Positions 27,301 through 39,300 of a DNA stretch of 64,000 nucleotides are shown piece after piece (position 1 is the stretch's first letter; each line of letters opens with the position of its first letter). Origin of the DNA: Styela clava (Eukaryota); the NCBI RefSeq assembly GCF_964204865.1, contig NC_135257.1, forward strand, positions 11,842,001 through 11,906,000, given 5' to 3'. The notes below the pieces were generated by a model, which was not told the origin of the DNA, did not search any database, and saw only the letters and a program-made list of their open reading frames with translations. The position numbers and the translations under genes were made by a program.

Positions 27301-30300
27301 AAGAATTAAATTTTTTCATTAGTAGGCTATTTGTAAGTTGACAACCAAGGCTTTTGTAGCGGATATTCCTTTCACTCCAAACATAGGCTAGAAAGCATCT
27401 CCGCAGTAGGAGCATAATAAAGAACAATTGCGCAACAGGGGAAATAGCAAGCTGCTATGTGATAAGTAGTCACATTCGGTAGTGTGCTCTTGCCTGCAAA
27501 AGTTATCTCCTATACAGGTCAAATTACACCCGTGGGATAAGCTTACCTACCCCTAGTTGATAACCTACACTATGCCAATCAGTCACACAATCATTCACAA
27601 TTTACAGTAACAGTTGATGGAAGTAACCATTTACATACCTTAAAAGAACTGAAGCTTTCTCAGCTAGCGTCATGTCAGTCGCATTTCTTGATGCATGTTG
27701 GATCGCAACCAATAGAGGTCGAACAGCTTCTAAGATAAGACAGTCAGAATCGACAACATCATGTTCCTGTGAATGTCTCCTATTTGCCATGATTTCAATC
27801 AGATCGAGACAACGTAGTTGAAAGACCAGTAACTGCTTGTGAGAATCTTGCTCAACTTTTCGTTTGGATAGCTTTGAGAAAAGAAATGAAAAAATACAAT
27901 CAATGCATATCCTTATCCTGAATTATCCAAATTTTGCCTTTTACAAGACAAAATAATAAAAAACAAACTTATTATTTTAAAATGGATTTCTGCAGAACCA
28001 AATATTTATCTCTCCATGTTTTGTATTGGTGGATCCGTATGCACATAATGCAAGGTTGCTGGAGCAAGAGTGAAAATCTCTATTTAGAGTGATTCAAGAG
28101 CCTTACTTAAGCCTTCAAGAGAACTACTTATCCCTCTGAAACGTATTCATTTTAACGTGCATTCACTGTCACATAGACAGTCGTAAACGAGATAAAGTCA
28201 TAAGTTCACGCAATCGCAAATCTTAATTGTTTCTAAACCTTGAGAATGGGATTGGAAAAGTTGTTGTTGAATGATCCTTGCTTTTAGCATCTGTGAGGTA
28301 GATCTTTGTCACAGAGCTACATCATAGGTAATAATTGATTGTATGAGTTATCACCAGTCGAGAACTTGGCAAAGATTTACCAACATGAGCCCAAAAAGTT
28401 TGCGAAACCCTGATTTAGACTCATTATTTGCATCTAAACTGCATGTCAACAAAAACAAACATTGTTGTATCTGCCTGTATGTCCCTATCTGTACAGTATA
28501 AGAGACCAGTTTACCATAACAAAATATGTCATCCAACCTTTTTCTGTCTGAATACTTCAGCCAATACATTATCAATTCTCATCATTGCTTCATCATCCAT
28601 TTCAGGGCCAGAATCAGATTCTTCTTCATCATTGTTTTCTGCTTCCTGTTCTTCCTATATTGAATTAGACGATTTATGTACAATTTGTCAGTTGAAATAA
28701 ATACCGGCCAATCTTTCTGACATTCTACAAGAGAGTGGCACGACAGAAATCTGCGAGGTTGGCAATCAATAAGCTTGAGGCAAAACACGTTCTCGCTCTG
28801 TTGAAGACAGTCTGAAAAACACTTTCCAGAGAAGTTTTGACACTCGACTGGCATCAAATCATATGAGGCCCAGATAACAGTACCCAACTATTAAATGGTG
28901 TCCGAACAGCTGTACCCGGAAAGCAGCGCCCAAAACGGGGCACCTAATACTACCATTCCACTTTATCAATAACTTAGCATTTCTACATGTTTCACTATGT
29001 AACATGGTACCTATATATTATGTACCGGTAATAGTAAATCCATCAGCGCAAGTGACTAATTGAGATGCTAAGGGTATAAAATTCAAATAAATTCCAAAAA
29101 AGGAAAATATGTGAGAAAAGCCCATATTACAAAGATAACTGAAAAATTTGGATCTCTCTTATAAAAAGCAAAGAGAAAGCTACCATCTAACCGATAAACA
29201 ACACTTTACTTTTTTCATTGATTGGCTATTCATAAAGACGGATAATAAGAAATGTAGTCTATCCACTTTACCTCCGATGACACTGCAGCATCACCGAGTG
29301 CTTGTTTGACTTCTTTTCTGAATTTACCGTCATCATCTACTTCATCTTCTTTTATTTCATCTGAAACATCTTCATCGTTGAATGCAGAATCTCCAGAATC
29401 ACTTGATTCCTCATCTTCATCTTGAAATGAATGATAACAGTAGAAAATAAAAAATAAAAAATGAGTTACACAAATTAACAGTTTTTTTAATAATGAAAGG
29501 CAAAATACAAATTGGAAGATGTCTTAGTAACATATATACCAGGGGTGGGTAATTACTTCCAGAGTGGGCCAGTGTACAACGCACACCTATTGTACCAATT
29601 GGCACAATGATCAATGGGGCTGATGTAGACTACTGTAGGCGTGCAAAGGCTTGTTTAAATCAGGCTCGAAGCATCTTGTGATGATTCCTTATACCTACTG
29701 CTGTTTGCTTGAAGGGTTCGGGAAGATATTTGGTTTTTGCTTCTGTCAATTTGAATTATTTCGGAATAATAATTCAAATGCGTGAGTTTGAGGTATATGT
29801 GGCTCTTTTGGCACATTATCTTCGAGTGTCAATAATACCTAGGAATTACAGTATTTATTCGAGCCAACGATTTTTTTTATTTTATCTATATTTTCAACAG
29901 AATACCATGTCCTTAAATTTCAGCAGGCAAAAGTGGGCTGAATGAAACACTTCAGTGGGCTGGAACTGGCCCATCGGTCATAATTTGCCCGTCCCTGATA
30001 TTGACAAACTAGGGTTCGGTGCATGTGGTTGGCCCCAGCCCTTAGTTCACCACCGGTTGAATGCCTTCCCTTTGCAACAGGCTTTGGGGCGCTGAATAAA
30101 TCTGTCTCAATAGACAAAATTACAATACCATATACATGTACCATATTTGAATTTATTTTATTTATAAATCTAATGTATTTGTAAATTTGCTTTGTGCTGC
30201 CAATACATGCCCACTTTGCAGTACATCTTGCATAATCGTTAAAGGTAGAAATGGCATAAAGAACTGGCATTCAGTGTGAGCTGAGTTGTCATCAGTAATA

Positions 30301-33300
30301 TGACAATAGATATCATCATTATACCAGTATTATTGTGAAGTAGGAATCAAACAAAGTGACTAGGCCTATTCAAAAAGTCCACACATTGATGGCCTTCCAT
30401 GATCTGAACCAGGGCTCTTCAAACTGGGGTGTGACGCGATAGGGGTCGCATTTATATATGCAAGCACAGTTTATTCACAAGAGCTAGTCCAACACCTAGG
30501 CTAATAATGATATAATAATCAGAAGCACAATGTAACAATTGGGGGCATTATTTATATCCATAAAAAGCATAGTAGTAATTTCAGCAGACAAAAGTGGGCC
30601 AGATGAAACACTTTGGTGGGCCGGATCCGGCTCGCTGGCCGTAATTTGCCCACCCCTGAACTAGGGCATTCTACTGGAGGAAGATATCGGTTCATCTAGA
30701 AGTCTTATAGCAAAGCAGCTCCTTTATTAGACAATAACTTGAATAAGTAAAACAAGTTGTCTCTAAATATGGCAATATGTGACATTCCCAAATCAATTGA
30801 AAGTAGATGAGAAAAGTCTGGATTTCAGCCATAAATTCAGCAATTTATAATACCTTCCATTTCATCATTGTCATCATCTTCGTTACTCCCATCGTCGTCC
30901 TCAGCATTATCTTCATCAAGTAAAATGTTCTTTTTTCGGTCTGGGTCTAACACCTGAACAATCACCTCAAATTTATAAATTGTCTGATCCAGGAGGTCCC
31001 CAACCCACAATGCATGATTCTAAATCAGGGGTCTGCAAGCAGAGAAGTGCCAATTTTGAATGGTGTGCCCGCGAAGCAAGTTTTTAGTTTAGTTAATCTG
31101 GTATGTGCGAGCAATTCTAATCCTTTTGCATCGCAATGCCTATAGCCTGAGTGCCACTGTCATATTAGCAAAACAGGCTAGTAAAATTCTGTTGCAAAAA
31201 CGTGTTTCTCGCTGAATTCGTTTAAAGTCAGTGTAACAATAAATTTGAATAGCAGTTTTCTTCAGAAATTTATGCGTTTAACTCATCATTTCTGCATAGA
31301 CCTCTAATAATGTTGTAAGATCAATATCGAATATAAACAATTTTTTTGTGCCAGCAACTACTAGAAAGGCTATCTTAAATAAATGTGCTGCCCGTGGCTT
31401 CACCCAGTAACTTGTATCTGTCTCTCCAGTAATAAAGGTTGCACCCCACTGCTCTGAAGCATACAGATGATGGTATATCACATTTTCTGAACAATTTCTG
31501 CAGTAAATATAACATATTGGAATTCCTAAAAAAATGATATTTCGATGTCCATATCAAAATAGATTTGTCCATATCAAACCAGAAATAACCATCCTGATGC
31601 ATTAAATTTAAGTTAATACAAAATTGTATAAGTCACAAAATGTGAAATCTCACAAATGAAACAGCAATACCATAACACTTACATCAAGTATCGAATGAAG
31701 ACCTTTTCTTGTGAGTTGTATGCTTAATAATTTGAACACTTGATCAGCAACAGATCTTATGCTGTGTGAATTTTGTGATAACATACTTAGTATAGTCTCA
31801 ATGATAACCTGGTGAATATAAAGTAGAACAGAAAAGTTAACATCAATCATTTATTATCTTTGAAATATTTAAAAAACAATAAGCTCAGATCAAAACAGAA
31901 ATTTTACCACAGGTCAAAAAGGGCTTCTAACAGGTCATAAAAAAAAATTAGACAATATTTACTTTTTTCTACAAAAAACAATGCATTTTCAATATTTCCA
32001 TTTCGGTTAAAATTATAAAATCTGATCAGAAATTTACCTCCACCCACGTAACTTCAGACGAATTGTCATCATATGCTGAAACAAAAAAATGATCCACATT
32101 TATGTGATAGGTTTAGGAAAAAAGACAATGAGTAAAAATAAGTTAGAAAGTTTGTTCAATCAGAAATAATCAACAAATTAACTAAAAGACCTCAGTGAAT
32201 GTGTGAAGAAATACTAACATTGTCATTTAACATCGTGACGAAGGTAATCAATAAATGAAATAAATAAAAATATATTACCAATTTACCATAAAGTTAAACA
32301 ACTATCATTATAACGAGTTGAATAGCATAGACCAAGGGTGTGCGGAATGTGGCCAGCAAGCCAAATGCGAGTTATGCGACCCACAAGGAAAAATTGTGCG
32401 GCCCGCGGGAAGTGCCAATTTGGAATCGTGTACGACCCGCGAAACGAGTTTTTAATTTAGTTTAATCTGGTATGTGCGACTAACTCCTACCCCTTTGCAT
32501 TACGAAGCCTATACCTGAGTCCAATTATTATCTATGCCTATGACGTTTTATTGCCCCAAATTCACGCACCTGTAACAAGTAGGAAGCCTGTGTTAAATAA
32601 AGGTGCGGCCCGCGGTTCTACCCAGTTATTTGCATCTGGCCCTTCTTTATTGAAGGTTGCACACCCCTGGCAAAGACTTAAAATACTGAAGTCCTAGATG
32701 CATGCTATGGTTTTTTATGATAAATTTCAATTCTGTGATCAAAATCAATATTCACCTTCAACATTTCCATCTCCAAAACGTTCATCAACAACTTGAAACA
32801 AATCAGTCAAAACTTCACGAGCACTAGCACTTTCCTCAACAGTTGTATTGAGAAGTTTGATTCCAATATGAGCAAGTAACAATCGAAGAGCTGTACCCTC
32901 TGTTTTTCTGGGTTCATCTTTTTCTAGATAGTGAATATTTTCAGGAAAGGTAACAAAATACAAAACGAGAATATCGGTCGGAGACCGAAGACTTATCGAT
33001 AAAACTGCGGTTTTGATTCATGACTCTATAGTGACACCGGGTGTCCCATCGTTAATTATACACCATAATTCATCCAAAATTCATAGGCTTATGGTCCGAG
33101 ATATGATGAATGCACATGCAAAATTTGGAGCAGATTCAACCTCGCCTTCGTGAGATATCGCGTCTATCCAACAGACAAACAAACAGACTGACAGACAGAC
33201 AAATACCTATCAACATACTTACCGATCTTAAGATCGATAAGTAACAATTATATATAATCAAGGATAAAAGGATACAAGGAGATTATGGACCCACAAATTA

Positions 33301-36300
33301 TATTTTTTTTTACAAGAAAAAAAATGTTATATATGCTAGCTATGATGGTTGTAAAAATGCTAAACACGATGAAATATACTTCATGATAAAGCAATTGTAA
33401 AAGTTAATGCTATCAATATTGTGAAACACACAAAAACCTAGTTTTGAAATCAAAAAAGTTCTTCCAAGATCTATTTAAAAAAAAGGTAACTCAACTATCT
33501 CAAACTCACTTAACTCTTGACATTCAACTCTTGAATCTCAACAGAGCAACAGAACTATAATGGTGTTTTATATACAGATAACAAATAATGGGCTTTTTTC
33601 ATCTGGCAAATGGACAAATGATATCATTGAAAGATGTTTTGAGTCGTCTGCTCCAAAAAAATCACTTTAAAAAAAAATGGAAATATTCACTCACCAGTAT
33701 CTGCTAATTTGGTCAATATCAAATCCATACCAAACAAAAATATTTCGTATGATGGCCAAATAACCCATTTCTAATTTCTAAATATGTCACTGTAATTATT
33801 CGAAGATGAATAAAGTGTCAGAAATAGCATGACTGAGACATGATATTAATATACCTTCAATTTTTAATATTTGTTCTATTTTTTCAATCATGTTTTTCCA
33901 CATTAGTTGGCATGTATCGTCCATCGATGTGATCAATCTTGCTTTGTGTTTCAACAGCAATTCATTAGTGAATTTGATCAGTTTGTAAATAAAGAATTCT
34001 CCATTACTATCTGTCCCATTGAATCTGTGCTTTGAAGAAGCCTACACAAGAATATATGAGAGTTTGACAAAAGAGAGAAGAAAAGCAGGTTAAAAAATAG
34101 TCAGCATGGCATGTTTACAAAAATGGCAAACACTAGCACACTTTTATTGTGGCATATTTATGCTTATGTATATTTATTTGATTTACTTTTCATAGGTTTA
34201 AATCATGTGGAGAAAAAAATTTGCGAAAGGGTTGATGGACTCCTCACCATTGTAGGGTGGTTGATGAGTGCCCATAATTTAGTGTTTCATCAGATGTCCT
34301 GCTCTAAATAACTGTTAAAGGTAGAAATGGCATTAAGGACTGGCATTCAGTGTGAGCTGAGTTGTCATCAGTAATATGACAATAGATATCATCATCATGC
34401 CAGTATTTATGTGAAGTAGGAATCAAACAAAGTGACTATTTAAAAAGGTCACACATGGATGGCATTTGATAATCTAAACCAGAGCTCTTCAAACTGGGGT
34501 GGGATGCAAAAAAGTTCAATGGGGGTCGCGTTTATGTATGCAAGCACATCGGTGTTATTAAGATATTATCAATTTGATTTTTGATATTTTCTGAATTATC
34601 AAATATCTTCCGTTTGAGTTCCTGATAGTCACGAAATAAATTGGCCTTGCCAAGTGGGTGATGAAAACAGTTTGGAGAACACTGATCTAAACCTTGCTGA
34701 GCAAACCTGTATAGCTCTGCATTAAATACCGGCAACTAGCAGCCGTGTCAAAGTTTTATCGAGAAGGCAAATCAGAAAACAAGCAAAAAGATGCATAACC
34801 GAAGTACTGCAAGACAAGTGACCCAAACAATAGTGCAAATGGAGCCAGTACACTACCACACTCTACACATCCAACCACACAAGCAATTACATACATGTCC
34901 TTCAACAATAAAATACTTACCCCAATCTGTAGGGAAGGCATACTGTTTATTGCATTCAGTGCAGGATCAAGACAATGTTTGAGATGCTCTCGAGTCTTTC
35001 CAGTTATTGGAACAAAAGATTCATCCATACCAGATAGATCAGGAAGTTTTCCCGCTTTTATACTGCAAACTGTCAAGTAAAAAAGATAACTTTACAAAAA
35101 GGCAAAAACTAACATATGGTACAGTACTTTGAATATGAGGTAATTGTACTTGTGTATATTTGATTTTCATGCATGGATTCATAGGTTTGAATATTATATG
35201 TGAGAAGGTTGATGGACTCCTCATCGCTGTAGAGTGGTTCACAAAACAAAAGGTTAAGGCTAGAAATGGTATAAGAGACTGGCATTCAGTGTGAGCTGAG
35301 TTGTCATCAATAATATGACAATAGATATCATCATCATGCCAGTATTTATGTGAAGTAGGAGTCAAAACAAATTGACTATTTGAAAAGTCCACACATCGTC
35401 ATGGGTGGCATTCCATGATATAAACCAGGGCTCTTCAAACTGGGGTGGAATGCGAAAGGGCTCGATGAGGGTCGCATTTATATCTGCAAGCACATCAGTC
35501 TCATTAAGGTATTATCAATTTTATTTTTATTCATATTTTCTGTATTATTGAATTTAGAATTTTTTTATTTGAGTTCCTTATACTAGAGATAAAAAATTGG
35601 CCTTGCCAAATGGGTCGTGATGAAAAGAGTTTGAAGAACACTGATCTAAACCTTGCTGAGCAAGACACCAAATAGAACTTTATTTTAAATGGCGACAATT
35701 GGAGCAAAAAAGATAATTCAGTACAATCTTTTTAAACAAAGTTACAACCTTTTACGCCACAGATGGGCGCTTTGAAAGTATTTGAACCAAGATGACAGAC
35801 AACCTGAACAACCCTAGCCTGGTACATATACTATGTTCAGGTTGTGCGCCATCCTGGTACAATACTTCCCACAGATGGTTGTAGAAAATGTTTGAAATTG
35901 ATTTTGCTGATTTTGATTTTTGCTAGGTGACTTTTTCATGTTTTCAATTTGTTTCTAAAACTATTAAGCAAGGCAAAATGGGAAATATGAAAATTATTGA
36001 TTTTAAACTAGAACGTGGCTAAATTTTGTTTGGAGGGAACAGTGAATTTATACAATAATACCGGTAATATTAAATATTTTTAACATGATTTTTGCTTAGT
36101 GACTTTTTCATGTTTTAATTTATTTCTAAACTTATTAAGAAACACTAACTTGGAAATAGCAAAATTCATGATTTCAAACTAGAATGAAGCTAAATTTTGT
36201 GTGAAAGAAACAGTGAATTTACACATTAATATTATTAAATATGATTGATACATGACTTAAACAAAAAACACTGTTCACAGTTGTGTATCGCAACAAACTT

Positions 36301-39300
36301 TAGTTTTTGAATTAAGTAACAAACGATGAATATCAAAATGGGACTATATCCCCAAAAAGCCAGGACTTACCGTCAAAATGATAATGAAGAAACAAAAACT
36401 TGAAAGCTGAGAAAACCCATCCATCCTTTCTTGGTAAACGAGAGTTACGTATAAGATGTGATAACTGAGTCATACCCCATCTAAATTAATAATATTAATG
36501 AATTTATTATCTATGAAAATTTAATGAAGCACAGGAAAACTAGTAGATGTGATAGCCTGGGGTTAAAGCGTTAGACTTAGCTGTGTTGGTTTCGGCTCAC
36601 CTCACCCAGAGTGAAATAAATTTAGTAGGAAATGCCGAACTGGAAAAATATGGTTCTTTTAAAATATACTAGCTCCTCACATATTGTCAGATATCAGTGG
36701 CCAGCTTTTACAGCGCCTTGTTTAGAGTAAAAGGTGTGAAACTGGTTTAAACTGGTTTAAACAGGTTGAACTACAAACCTTCTTGCAGTATCCAAAGTGA
36801 CTTCCTTAATTCCTTCATAATCAAGTTTCCCCGACATGAAAACCTTTTTCAACCATTCAATATACTTCTCTACAGCATCGACATGAAGAGATCCTGATAC
36901 AGATTGTAAACACCGTGTATTGGTGTTTTCATCCAAGAATAAACCTGCAGGACTGAAAAATGTTGCTTTTTACTTGATGTTCTAGGCTTACGATTCACAT
37001 TGCTGCTTTAAATTCTATACTTAGGCTTTTGAATTCTCAATATGAACTGATATTAACCTGCTTTTCTTTGCAGAAATAGATTTATACATAGTCAGTTTTC
37101 AGCAAATAATTTGATATTTGTTTTCAGCAATTTTTAAGCAAAGCCTTGTGACTCAGCCTTAAACTGGTCCATATTAGCGGTGAGCCAGACTCTGACTCAA
37201 ATATGAATGAAAGCATGTCAAACTCTTGACTCCTCAGTCCTGTATAATTAATAATTATGTATATGTTACAAAAGAATCCAGGAAATGGAATTCTTTTTCA
37301 GTCAAAGCCCAAGAACTTACCTGGTTAATAACTGGAAAAGCACAGTAAGTTGCTTCTTCATAGTCATTTTTTCATCTTTGATTTTTTCTGATAATTCATC
37401 AATAATTTCTGTTTTGCATACCGCATGTAAAGGATTTGTTTTATTCACCAAAACATAAAACAAACTCGTAACTAATCGAGTGGACCATACTGTAGAAACC
37501 TAGAAAAGATTAAAAAAATTGCGGTACAACAAAAATGTGATAAGATAAATATAGAATTGGGCCAAAATCAGGCTCATGTGTTGGTTCATATTGCGGAAGT
37601 ACGCAAAATCATAATTTTCAAATATTTTTCACTGCTTCGGTGTGGCCATAAAAGCATCACAACATATACTGTTCGTGAGCAGTGGTGTTTAATCAAAGCT
37701 AGCATAAATCTAAAGTGTAATAGCATTCTGTTGCTATATACTTTTAAAATCATGTGTAAAGATTTATACAACAGTTAAGAGTTTCCCACAACTGGCATCC
37801 ATTACACAATCTGATGCATGAAGGAAACACTAAATTATCATAGTATAACTTCTCTTAATCTCTTTAAATCATTGCCTAATATTATTGCTCACTTTTGTTT
37901 AATTTTTATATAGAATTTACTCTGGGTGTGGCAAAAAAAACTTGATAGTTTATTGATCGCTGATGGACTCCTCAACTTGTAGGATGGTTCATGAGTTCCC
38001 GTACTCGCATGTAACTGGAGGATAGACTAATAATTAGCTAAAAAAAAAGTTCCAATCAAAAGAACTCAATATAGAGATTAGAGAAAAATTAATTGCTCAA
38101 ATTAAAACGGAGAAGCGAAAGATCTCAGTAAGACATCCTAAGACTGTATCACACACAAGATTTTTTTTCCATTAGATGTCTAGCTCTGCTTGAAGTAGAA
38201 ATGGCCTAAAGAACTGGCATTCAGTGTGAGCTGAGTTGTCATCAGTAATATGACAATAGATATCATCATCATGCCAGTATTAATGTGAAGTAGGAGTCAA
38301 ACAAAGTGACTAGGCCTATTCAAAACGCCCACACATGGATGGCATTCGCATTCCATGATCTCAATCAGAGCTCTCTAAACGATCGTTTATTTTCTATATT
38401 TATGTCAAGATAAAACTTATAAATTAACATTTAATCACCTGGTCTTCTCGAACTAATGGAAGAGTGAATATCGACAATTTGAAAGCTAAGTATTTTCTTT
38501 CAGGTGATGAATCGAGCAAACCATCATCGATAGATTCTTTCCAAAATTTTTTGAATGTTTCTGTGTCAGACTTCACAACATTTTCTATAACTTCATAACA
38601 CAATGGATGAATCCTAGGATGACATTGTGTGGTTGAAGAAAACATCTTTCCAAGATATTTGTAACTGTGAGAACCTGTCCAAAAGAAGTTATCAGTCAAT
38701 CTGAGATAACCACTGGTACAATTTCAGAATATGAGATATTTATCTCTAATATAGGAAAGTCAGCAAGATGGCCTGATCATCTGGCAAACCACAGTCTCAT
38801 GTAGGATTGCCGGTCGAGGGGATGTGTGGGAATAGATAACCAGTTGATCGTCACTGATTGATAACCCCTAGATAGTGGAAGAAGCTAAAAGCTACCAAGT
38901 GGCATGTACACGATTTACCCTATAAAAGCAAAGACGCAAACAAACGCCTTGTATGATAGTCATCTAAACGCACACACTTGTACGGTGCTACTCATCACTG
39001 TTATAACAACGATTGATTCGCCGATGATCAGCAGTTGAGATAAAAACAAAATATTCTAATTACCGTATTTGGTCGTTTTGTAGCCCGGGCCCATATTTTT
39101 TTCAACCAACTGACTAACCGGGCCTTATTCAAGCACAGGCGCTTGTTATTTTCAATCGTTACAATAATTAATACATTGTTATTTCCAGTCTTCAAGTATG
39201 ATTTAAACGAGAATAACGAAAATTTAGACTTTTTCTACACACCGCAGGTACAAATCCGCAGAAGAAGAAAAGCTTTGCGACGCCCTATTAATACTGAAAC

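Noticed and set aside
38246-38262. Second (D') guide in the snoRNA
   Set aside because: The region is largely sequestered in the internal hairpin, the CTGA is mutated in copy 3, and I could not identify a convincing rRNA target.
30263-38278. Repeated 66-nt unit as a CRISPR array
   Set aside because: Eukaryotic introns, kb-scale irregular spacing and no cas genes.
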